From Actinomycetales bacterium (lineage in GTDB: Bacteria > Actinomycetota > Actinomycetes > Actinomycetales > CAVURS01), in the NCBI GenBank assembly GCA_045807245.1, contig JBJMHS010000016.1, forward strand, positions 1 to 41,951: 41,951 nt of DNA, written 5' to 3'. A program made the translations under genes and the position numbers. The notes beneath the pieces are model-generated. The model saw nothing but the letters and a program-made list of their open reading frames with translations. It was not told where the DNA came from and made no database searches. This document shows, one piece after another, positions 9,443-17,248 of the stretch; within the stretch, counting starts at the first letter, position 1; each line of letters starts with the position of its first letter.

Positions 9443-10460
9443 GGCGCCCGTCCGGGTGCCGGAGGAGCCGGATTCGGCGCCGCCCGCGCCGACTGCCGGC
9501 CTTGCGGACCCTGCGGACCCCGCCGACTCGGGGAGACGCAAGCGTCGGCGCCGCACGCCGTACCAGTCGACCGTCCACCGGTCCTCGCTGTGGCCGTTCC
9601 TGGCCATCCCGGGAACGGTGTGGCTGGCGTTGTTCTTCATCGCACCCATGTACGTCGTCATGGCGATCGTGTTCGGTCGCATCGACCCGGTGTTCCGGAC
9701 CCCGCTGCCGGTGTGGAACCCGTTGCAGTGGAACCCGGCCCAGTTCACCTACGTGTTCTCGCACCTGGTCGGGGAGCAGGGCTTCTTCGGTGCCGCGCTG
9801 TTCCGGACCCTCGTGTACGTCGCCGTGGCCAGCCTGCTGTGCCTGCTCATCGCCTACCCCGTGGCGTACTTCACGGCGCGGTTCGCCGGGCGGCGCAAGG
9901 GGATCATCCTGACCCTGCTGATCGCGCCGTTCTGGATCAGCTACATGATGCGGATGCTGGCCTGGGTCAACCTGCTGCAGAACGACGGCCTGCTCAACCG
10001 CACGCTGAGCTTCGGTGGGCTGTTCCAGGTCAACGTCGACTGGCTGTCCGGGCGCTCCACGACGGTGATCCTCGGGCTGGTGTACGGGTACGTGCCGTAC
10101 ATGATCCTGCCGCTGTTCGCGGGGCTGGACCGGATCCAGCAGAGCGTGCTCGAGGCGGCGCGCGACCTCGGCGCGGGGCCGCTGTCGACGTTCCGGCGGG
10201 TCACCTGGCGGCTGAGCCTGCCGGCCGTCGTCGCGAGTGTGCTGCTCTCCTGCCTGCCGATGCTGGGTGACTACTTCACGAACGACCTGCTCTCCGCCTC
10301 GCCGAGCACCTCGATGGTCGGCAACCTGATCAACAACTCGGCGCTCGCGCCGGGGCAGACCGGGCAGGCGGGGGCGTTCGTGATGATCGTGCTGGTCGTC
10401 TCCCTGCTGCCGATGCTCTGGTACGTGCGCACCTCGCGCGACGAGGGGGCGCGTTCGTGA
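9435..10460 (+). CDS. ABC permease, PotB-like
   Basis: Multi-TM; LLIAYPVAY, PFWISYMMR, YVPYMILPL and EAA loop EAARDLGA. Overlaps the binding-protein stop. Confidence 0.9.
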   Translation: MAEAPVRVPEEPDSAPPAPTAGLADPADPADSGRRKRRRRTPYQSTVHRSSLWPFLAIPGTVWLALFFIAPMYVVMAIVFGRIDPVFRTPLPVWNPLQWNPAQFTYVFSHLVGEQGFFGAALFRTLVYVAVASLLCLLIAYPVAYFTARFAGRRKGIILTLLIAPFWISYMMRMLAWVNLLQNDGLLNRTLSFGGLFQVNVDWLSGRSTTVILGLVYGYVPYMILPLFAGLDRIQQSVLEAARDLGAGPLSTFRRVTWRLSLPAVVASVLLSCLPMLGDYFTNDLLSASPSTSMVGNLINNSALAPGQTGQAGAFVMIVLVVSLLPMLWYVRTSRDEGARS

Positions 10461-11344
10461 GCGTCGTACAGCGGCTGCGCGACTGGTGGTCGAGCCCCTG
10501 GCGACCGCCGCGCTTCCTGGCGCTCATCACTGTGCTGTATCTGGTGTGGTCGCTGCTGCCCGTGCTCGTTGCTGTGATCTTCTCGTTCAACAGCGGTCGT
10601 TCGCGTGCGGTGTGGCAGGGCTTCTCGCTGCGTTGGTACTACGGCGACTCGGTGCGTTCGGTGTGGAGCGACACCAGCCTGCACACGGCCTTGACCCACA
10701 CCTTGTGGCTCGGGTTGCTCGCGACGGTGGTGACCGTGCCGCTGGGCGTCGCCTTCGCGTTGGGCATCGACCGCTGGCACGGGCGGCTCCCCGCGGGCGC
10801 GAGCTTCATCATGCTGCTCAGCTTCGTCCTGCCCGAGACGCTGATGGCGGTGGCGCTGCTGTTCCTCATCACTCAGGTCGCGACGCCGTTCACGCCTGGG
10901 ACGACGGCCCAGGTGATCGGCTTGGTGACGTTCCAGTTGTCGTACCCGGTGGTGATCGTGCGGGCCCGGTTGCTGACGATCGGCAAGCAGTACGAGGAAG
11001 CGGCGGTCGACCTCGGCGCCTCGCCGGTCGGTGCGGTACGCCGGGTGCTGCTGCCGATGCTGGTGCCGGCGATCTTCGCCAGCACGGTGCTCGTGTTCGC
11101 CGACGTGATCGACGACTTCGTCATCGTGCGGTACCTGTCCGGGGACGCGTCGACCGAGCCCGTGTCGGTGAAGATCTACAACACCGCGCGGGCGGCGCCC
11201 ACGCCGGCGCTCAACGCCCTCGCGAGCATGTTGCTGCTGTTCTCGCTCATCGCGGTCGTCGTCGGGTTCCTCGTGTACCGCCGGCTGACCCGCGGTGAGT
11301 CGGCCGATACCCGCGGCATCGGCTCCTTCGCCGGCGAGCTCTAG
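10457..11344 (+). CDS. ABC permease, PotC-like
   Basis: FSFNS...GFSLRWY, EAAVDLGA, DDFVI. GTGA overlap with the upstream permease. Confidence 0.9.
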   Translation: MSVVQRLRDWWSSPWRPPRFLALITVLYLVWSLLPVLVAVIFSFNSGRSRAVWQGFSLRWYYGDSVRSVWSDTSLHTALTHTLWLGLLATVVTVPLGVAFALGIDRWHGRLPAGASFIMLLSFVLPETLMAVALLFLITQVATPFTPGTTAQVIGLVTFQLSYPVVIVRARLLTIGKQYEEAAVDLGASPVGAVRRVLLPMLVPAIFASTVLVFADVIDDFVIVRYLSGDASTEPVSVKIYNTARAAPTPALNALASMLLLFSLIAVVVGFLVYRRLTRGESADTRGIGSFAGEL

Positions 11345-11488
11345 CCCCGCCGCCGTACCCGCCGTCCCCTCCGAAAGCCGCTTTGCCCTCCGAAAGCCGC
11401 CCGGCGGCCGGAAAATCGGTGGCCCGAGCGGCTTTCGGAGGGCAAAGCGGCATTCAGGGGGTACCTCAAGCGGGGGGTGGGCGGGGCT
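11343..11488. repeat. REP-like palindromic element, copy A (units CCCTCYGAAAGCCG / CGGCWTTCRGRGGG at 19-bp period)
   Basis: CCCTCCGAAAGCCG at 11367 and 11386; inverted CGGCTTTCGGAGGG at 11429 and CGGCATTCAGGGGG at 11448. Related element at 19083-19195. Confidence 0.75.
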
Positions 11489-11524
11489 CGGGTTCGCCTG
11501 GCGCGGGGCATGGCGACGGCGGTA

Positions 11525-11545
11525 GCATTACTGAGTCGTCAGTCA
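11525..11545. promoter_or_regulatory. Degenerate operator copy 4 (opposite orientation) upstream of the Rieske gene
   Basis: GCATTACTGAGTCGTCAGTCA; reverse complement TGACTGACGACTCAGTAATGC retains ACTGA-N4-TCAGT. Confidence 0.7.
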
Positions 11546-11582
11546 GTTTTGCGCACGGAAGACGTCTGAAAGGACCAAGACC

Positions 11583-12788
11583 GTGGCCACCACGTCGCGT
11601 GCCCCCATCGACCCGAACGCCCTGGAGCCGGCGCTCCGACCCTTCGGTCAGAGCCACATGCTGCCGCGAGCGGCGTACGTCGACCCGGCCGTCCTGGACT
11701 GGGAGCTGGAGAGCTTCTTCGGCGGCTGGATGTGCGTCGGCCGCAGCGCGGACCTGGCCAAGGTCGGCAGCCAGACGGCGGTGAAGGTGGGCCGCGGGAG
11801 CGTCCTGCTGATCCGCGGCGAGGACGAGGTGCTGCGCGGCTTCGTCAACGCGTGCCGGCACCGCGGGCACGAGCTGCTGCCGTGTGGTGCCACGACGGCC
11901 AAGCGTTCGGTCGTGTGCCCGTACCACGCCTGGACCTACAAGCTTGACGGGTCGATGCGCAACGCACCTCACATGGACGAGGTCGAGAGCTTCGACCCCG
12001 GCCGGTACGGGCTGCAGGCGCTGCCCGTCACCGAATGGCACGGCTGGGTGTTCGTCGCCACGTCAGGCCAGGCGCCCGACTTCCAGGAGCACATCGGCGC
12101 ACTCGAGCCGATCATCACGCCGTACGCGCCGGAGCACCTGGCCGTCGCCGCGACGCACGACTACACCATCGAGGCGAACTGGAAGCTCATCGCCGAGAAC
12201 TACCAGGAGTGCTACCACTGCTCGATGATCCACCCCGAGCTGTGCGCGGTCAGCCCGCCCGAGAGCGGCGAGAACCTCGACCTGCCGGGTGACTGGGTCG
12301 GCGGCGGCATGGACCTGCGCGAGCACGCCGAGACCATGTCGCTCGACGGCAAGAGCCACGGGGTCAACATCGAGGGCCTTTCGCCGACCGAGCTGCGCAC
12401 GGTCATGTACATCGTGGTCTTCCCGAACCTGCTGATCAGCCTGCACCCGGACTACGTCATGACCCACCGGCTGGTCCCGCTGTCGGCTGACCGGACGTAC
12501 GTCGAGTGCGCGTGGGCGTTCCCGAAGTCGGCGCTCGCCAAGCCGGACTTCGACCCGGCGTACGCGGTCGACTTCTGGGACATCACCAACCGCCAGGACT
12601 GGGCGGCCTGCGAGTCGGTGCAGCGCGGCGTGTCTGCCCCGCAGTGGCTGCCGGGCCCGTTGGCTCCGGACGAGGACGGGGTGCACCACTTCGTCAGCCG
12701 GGTCGCGCACGCCTACGCCGGGCGGCTGGACTCCTCGCCGATCATCACGCAGGACGCCGAGGCGGCGGAGCTGGCCGGGCAGGTGTGA
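11583..12788 (+). CDS. Rieske non-heme iron oxygenase alpha subunit (choline monooxygenase / GbcA-like group)
   Basis: Rieske ligands NACRHRGH...CPYHAWTY; mononuclear iron site NWK...ENYQECYHCSMIHPEL; QDWAACESVQRG. Confidence 0.92.
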   Translation: MATTSRAPIDPNALEPALRPFGQSHMLPRAAYVDPAVLDWELESFFGGWMCVGRSADLAKVGSQTAVKVGRGSVLLIRGEDEVLRGFVNACRHRGHELLPCGATTAKRSVVCPYHAWTYKLDGSMRNAPHMDEVESFDPGRYGLQALPVTEWHGWVFVATSGQAPDFQEHIGALEPIITPYAPEHLAVAATHDYTIEANWKLIAENYQECYHCSMIHPELCAVSPPESGENLDLPGDWVGGGMDLREHAETMSLDGKSHGVNIEGLSPTELRTVMYIVVFPNLLISLHPDYVMTHRLVPLSADRTYVECAWAFPKSALAKPDFDPAYAVDFWDITNRQDWAACESVQRGVSAPQWLPGPLAPDEDGVHHFVSRVAHAYAGRLDSSPIITQDAEAAELAGQV

Positions 12789-12799
12789 CGCAGGTCTGA

Positions 12800-13267
12800 C
12801 TACCAGGTGAAGCCGTAGACGTGGTCGACGGTGAACGACAGGACCAGCCTGCGGTCCTTCACCATCGCGCTGCGGTAGTCGTCCCAGTCCGGGTGCTCAC
12901 CGGCGACGGCGCGGTACTGGTCGATAAGGGCCTCGACCGTGGCGTCGTGCGGGTCGGCGGCGGTCGGCGTGAGCTGAGCAGTGCCCTCGAGGGTCACCCA
13001 CGGCCGGAACTCGGGAGTGGTGACGAGCATGGCGCAGCGCGCGTCACGACGCAGGTTCGCGGTCTTGGCCCGGCCGTCGGTCAGCGAGATGCGGACCAGG
13101 CGCCGGTCGGGGTCGAAGGCATAACCGACGATGGACAGCTGAGGACGCCCGTCCTTCTTGATGGTGCTGAGCACACCGTTCCCGCGGCTGCCGAGCAGGC
13201 GCAAGGTCTCGGCCGACAGTTCCTGGCTCTGGTGGCTCTCGTGGCTCTCGTTGCTCTCCGGGGTCAT
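12800..13267 (-). CDS. PPOX-class (pyridoxamine 5'-phosphate oxidase-like) putative F420-dependent oxidoreductase
   Basis: GVLSTIKKDGRPQLS, RAKTANLRRD.R, GEHPDWDDYRSAMVKDRRLV. ATG 13267 chosen. Confidence 0.85.
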   Translation of the reverse strand: MTPESNESHESHQSQELSAETLRLLGSRGNGVLSTIKKDGRPQLSIVGYAFDPDRRLVRISLTDGRAKTANLRRDARCAMLVTTPEFRPWVTLEGTAQLTPTAADPHDATVEALIDQYRAVAGEHPDWDDYRSAMVKDRRLVLSFTVDHVYGFTW

Positions 13268-13570
13268 GGTCCGATGATTCACGATCGCGGCCGATCCCGA
13301 TGACCGGGGGTGAGACGTACCGGGACCGGCCGCGATCATGACCTGTTCGGAGATGGCCGCCCGACGGATTGGTCAGGCACGCAGGTCACTTTCTGATCCC
13401 CCTCGGGCACCCTCGGCGACGTACCTAACGGTTTGCCGGAACGGCTTGACGCCGGCCCGATCCGATGGTTTGACTGTGTCTGCCTCAGGGGTGAGACGCG
13501 TCAGTTCAATGACCGTCCGACGAGGCCGCCCAGCGTGGCGGAAACGTCGACTCACCTCTTGGAGACGGCA

Positions 13571-13894
13571 ATGCCGATCGATGAAAATCCTTCTGTACCA
13601 ACGGAATCGACCGCAGACTCCGGCCTGCTCGCGAAGCCGACCACCCGCCGTACCATGCTCAAGGGCGCGGCGGCGACCGGTCTGACCGCCGCCACCGCGG
13701 GCGTCGTAGCGGACCTGCTCTTCGCTGCGCCGGCCGGAGCCGCGACCACCGGGTCGAGCGCTTCTGGTGAGGGCGACCTGGTCGCCCATGTCCGCAACGC
13801 CCGCTCGGGCGACATCGACCTGTACGTCGGCACGCGGCACGTCAGCGTCCGGGACAGGGCGCTCGTCGCTCACCTCGCCCGCGCGGCCCGATAG
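13571..13894 (+). CDS. Small hypothetical protein with twin-arginine (Tat) signal peptide
   Basis: GGAG SD before ATG 13571. TTRRTMLKGAAATG plus hydrophobic stretch and PAGA-A cleavage-like site; ~50-aa mature domain LVAHVRNARSGDIDLYVGTRHVSVRDRALVAHLARAAR. Confidence 0.75.
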   Translation: MPIDENPSVPTESTADSGLLAKPTTRRTMLKGAAATGLTAATAGVVADLLFAAPAGAATTGSSASGEGDLVAHVRNARSGDIDLYVGTRHVSVRDRALVAHLARAAR

Positions 13895-13905
13895 GAGGTT
13901 GGCTC

Positions 13906-15288
13906 ATGTCCTCGCACCGCGAAGCACCGGAGATCGCCAAGGATCCGGTGGCCGACAGCACCGACCTCTACGCGTTCGTCAGCCCGGACCGTCCGGAGAC
14001 CGTGACGATCATCGCCAACTACGTCCCACTCCAGGGCGCCGACGGCGGACCGAACTTCTACGAGTTCGGTGACGACGTCCAGTACGCCATCAACATCGAC
14101 AACAACGGCGACGGCAAGGCCGACGTCAGCTACGTGTTCGAGTTCACGACCCGGGTCCGGAACGACGAGACGTTCCTGTACAACACCGGTCCGATCCAGT
14201 CGCTCGACTCGGCCAACTGGAACCGCCGCCAGTTCTACTCGGTGACGAAGAGGGTCGGCACCACGTCGACCGTCATCGCGCACGGGCTGAGCTCGCCGCC
14301 GTGCAACATCGGACCGCTCTCGACCCCGAACTACGCCGCGCTGGCCGCGAACGCAGTGCACGGGATGAGCAACGGCACCAAGGTGTTCGCCGGTCAACGG
14401 GCCGAAGGGTTCTACGTCGACCTCGGCGCGACCTTCGACCTGCTGGACCCGCGGCCGCTGGCCAACCTGCACACGACGTTCGGCCTGACCGGTCTGCCTG
14501 GCCGACAGGGCCCGGGGGTCAACAGCACGCGGTTCGTGAACGTGCACACGATCGCGTTGCAGGTGCCCAAGACCGAGCTGACCAAGGGCGGCAAGGTGCC
14601 GACGGACGCCGCCGCGAGCAGCTCGGTCATCGGTGTCTGGACGACGGCGAGCCGCCGCCAGGTCACCATCCGACAGCCCGGCAAGGACGCGGCGAGCGGC
14701 CCCTGGGTACAGGTGTCCCGGTTGGGCAACCCGCTGTTCAACGAGGTCATCGTCCCGATGTCCGAGAAGGACCTGTGGAACGCGACGCCGCCCACCGCGG
14801 ACAACGACTTCGCCAAGTACGTCGCGAAGCCCGAGCTGGCGGGACTGCTGCCGGTGCTGTTCCCGGGTGTCTTCCCGAAGCTGGCGGCGTACACCAAGCC
14901 GCGGGCGGACCTGTTGGCCATCCTGCTGACCGGCATCCCGTCCGGGATCATCCCGGGGTTCCAGAACTTCACCGGCAGCACCCAGGCCGATCTGTTGCGG
15001 CTCAACCTGGCCATCCCGCCGTCTTCGTCGCCGAGCATCTACGGACTGCTCGGTGGCGACCTGGCCGGGTTCCCGAACGGGCGCCGGCCGGCTGACGACG
15101 TGGTCGCCATCGAGCTGCGGGCCGTCGCTGGAGCCACCATCCCGCTCGTCGACCCGTCCTTCACCCCGGACGGCGCGGCGGCGATCGTGGACGACGGTGT
15201 GGGTCCGGACTCGCTGCTGGTGCCGTTCCTGCGGGCCTTCCCGTACCTCGGCGTGCCGCACAGCGGTTTCTTCGCCGGGGCGGCCTAG
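13906..15288 (+). CDS. DUF4331-domain protein (no signal peptide)
   Basis: AGGAGG SD. Begins MSSHREAP...DSTDLYAF; IDNNGDGKAD, VFAGQR, WVQVSRLGNPLFNEV and GFPNGRRPADDV are the motifs I associate with DUF4331. Confidence 0.85.
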   Translation: MSSHREAPEIAKDPVADSTDLYAFVSPDRPETVTIIANYVPLQGADGGPNFYEFGDDVQYAINIDNNGDGKADVSYVFEFTTRVRNDETFLYNTGPIQSLDSANWNRRQFYSVTKRVGTTSTVIAHGLSSPPCNIGPLSTPNYAALAANAVHGMSNGTKVFAGQRAEGFYVDLGATFDLLDPRPLANLHTTFGLTGLPGRQGPGVNSTRFVNVHTIALQVPKTELTKGGKVPTDAAASSSVIGVWTTASRRQVTIRQPGKDAASGPWVQVSRLGNPLFNEVIVPMSEKDLWNATPPTADNDFAKYVAKPELAGLLPVLFPGVFPKLAAYTKPRADLLAILLTGIPSGIIPGFQNFTGSTQADLLRLNLAIPPSSSPSIYGLLGGDLAGFPNGRRPADDVVAIELRAVAGATIPLVDPSFTPDGAAAIVDDGVGPDSLLVPFLRAFPYLGVPHSGFFAGAA

Positions 15289-15708
15289 ATGCTCGCGCAC
15301 GGCACGCCGTACCAGCCGCCGTTCGGTGCGCCGGTCGACGCCCACGTGCACCACGACACGGACGGGCACGAGCATGCCCACGAGCACCAGCACGTGGGTG
15401 CGCACCGGCACGAGCAGCCGCACGTGCCGCAGCGGGGAGCGGTGCTGGACATCGGTGGCGACGTGGGCGCAGTGCTGGTCGTGGCCGGTCCGGCGCTGGA
15501 CGGTGCCGAGATCGAGCTGTACGACGAGCGCGGCAACTACGTCATGCACACCGAGGTGCACGGCCGGGACGTGCTGGGCCGGCGGCAGTACGCCGGGCTG
15601 TTCCCGTCCGTGCGCGAGGGGGCGTACCTGCTGGACACCAAGGAGGGCCGCCCGCGTGAGCGGGTGGTCGTGACCGGGGGGCAGGTCGCCCGGATCGCCC
15701 GAGGCTGA
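15289..15708 (+). CDS. Small hypothetical protein with His-rich N-terminus
   Basis: ATG directly follows the DUF4331 TAG. 12 His in the first 45 residues, then GAVLDIGGDVGAVLV...AEIE...HTEV...AGLFPSVREGAY. Confidence 0.75.
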   Translation: MLAHGTPYQPPFGAPVDAHVHHDTDGHEHAHEHQHVGAHRHEQPHVPQRGAVLDIGGDVGAVLVVAGPALDGAEIELYDERGNYVMHTEVHGRDVLGRRQYAGLFPSVREGAYLLDTKEGRPRERVVVTGGQVARIARG

Positions 15709-15717
15709 CCGGGGGGT

Positions 15718-15752
15718 CGGTTGCCGGCCGCGAGTCACGCGGCCGGCAACCG
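15718..15752. terminator. Perfect 15-bp stem hairpin between convergent genes
   Basis: CGGTTGCCGGCCGCG-agtca-CGCGGCCGGCAACCG. Confidence 0.75.
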
Positions 15753-15777
15753 GCTGGGTCGATGACGACCCGGGCCG

Positions 15778-17220
15778 TCACTCGACGTTGGCGGCGGGGC
15801 GGCCGGCCCCATGAGTGATACCCGCGAACGCCGCGGCCGCCCCGACCAGAAGCAGCCCCACGCAGACGAAAAGCGCGTTCCGGTAGGCCGGGGTCAGCGC
15901 GGACGGCACTGCGTACTCGTCGCCGGTGAGCCCGACGACCAACGGCAGGGCCGCAACGGCCAGGAGTCCTCCGGCCCGGGAGACGGCGTTGTTGACGCCA
16001 CTCGCGGTGCCCGCGTAGCGGTCGGGCGCGGCCGCCAGCACGGTGCCGGTCAGGGGCGCGACGAGGGCGCAGAGCCCGAGACCGAACACGACGATGCCCG
16101 GCAGCACGGCCGTGAGGAAGTTCGGGTGGCGGCCGATCGGCGCGAGCAGCAGTAGCCCGGCGGCACAGCCGATCGCACCGGTGCCGATCATCAGTCGCGC
16201 CCCGAGACGGCCAGCCAAGGCGCCCGCGCGCTCGGACAGCAGCAGCATGAGGATGCTGACCGGGACCGTGGCGGCGCCGGCCTCCAGTGGCGAGTAGCCG
16301 CCACTGACCTGGAGCTGCACGGCGAGGAAGAAGAAGCAGCCGGCCAGCGCGGCGTACACGACGAGCGTCACGAAGTTGACGACGGCGAAGTCGCGGTTCG
16401 CGAAGAGCGACATCGGCACCATCGGCATCGGCTCGCGCCGCTCCGCCCGGACGAACCCGACGAGCGCGGCGACGCCGACCACTGCGGTGAGAATCGTTGC
16501 CGGAGTAGCGCCGTCGCTGCCCCACGCGGTCAAGGCGTACGTCGTACCGGCCAGTCCGACGGTCGCGAGAACGACGCCCGTGGTGTCGAAGTGCCGAGCG
16601 GCGTCCGGGTCGCGCGACTCTGGGATGACCCGGTGGCAGAGCACGATCACGACGACGGACAGCGGCACGTTCAGCCAGAAGATCGCCCGCCAGGTCCAGC
16701 CGACAAGCCACCCTCCGACAACGGGGCCGGCGGCCGTGGCGATGCCGATCATCCCGGACCAGGCGCCGATCGCGCGCATCCGGTCCTCGGGACGGAACGA
16801 CGCCTGGAGGATGGCCAGGCTGCCCGGCGTCAGCAGCGCCGCCGCGATGCCCTGGAGCCCACGGGCGACGATCAGCAGCTCGATGGACGGTGCGACGGCG
16901 CACAGCATGGAGCAGACCGCGAAGCCACCGACCCCGATCTCGTAGATCAGGCGTCGGCCGTAGCGGTCACCGAGTGACCCGCCGAGCAGGATCAGCGCGG
17001 CCAACGTGAGCGAGTAGGCCGTCACGACCCACTGCAGGCCGGTGATGCCCGCGTCGAGCTTGCGGCCGATCGTCGGAAGCGCGACGTTGACGACGGTGCC
17101 GTCGAGGAAGGCGATGCCCGACCCCAGGACTGTTGCGGCCAAGGTCAGCCGGCCACGACTGTCGGAGAGGTTGAGGTACGCCGGCGCGGCGGGGGCGGGC
17201 TGCTCCGACGGGTTGCTCAC
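15778..17220 (-). CDS. MFS transporter, DHA2 (14-TM, EmrB/QacA-like) family
   Basis: FLDGTVVNVALPTI, GSLGDRYGRR (motif A), ARGLQG, GPVVGG, WRAIFWLNVP. Confidence 0.92.
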   Translation of the reverse strand: MSNPSEQPAPAAPAYLNLSDSRGRLTLAATVLGSGIAFLDGTVVNVALPTIGRKLDAGITGLQWVVTAYSLTLAALILLGGSLGDRYGRRLIYEIGVGGFAVCSMLCAVAPSIELLIVARGLQGIAAALLTPGSLAILQASFRPEDRMRAIGAWSGMIGIATAAGPVVGGWLVGWTWRAIFWLNVPLSVVVIVLCHRVIPESRDPDAARHFDTTGVVLATVGLAGTTYALTAWGSDGATPATILTAVVGVAALVGFVRAERREPMPMVPMSLFANRDFAVVNFVTLVVYAALAGCFFFLAVQLQVSGGYSPLEAGAATVPVSILMLLLSERAGALAGRLGARLMIGTGAIGCAAGLLLLAPIGRHPNFLTAVLPGIVVFGLGLCALVAPLTGTVLAAAPDRYAGTASGVNNAVSRAGGLLAVAALPLVVGLTGDEYAVPSALTPAYRNALFVCVGLLLVGAAAAFAGITHGAGRPAANVE

Positions 17221-17248
17221 CGTCTGACGGTAGCGACCCGCCCCGACA

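Noticed and set aside
13571..15288. Tat mini-ORF and DUF4331 as one frameshifted gene
   Set aside because: DUF4331 has its own AGGAGG and ATG directly before SSHREAP, and gene 1 has a distinct C-terminal domain. A sequencing error cannot be fully excluded without reads.
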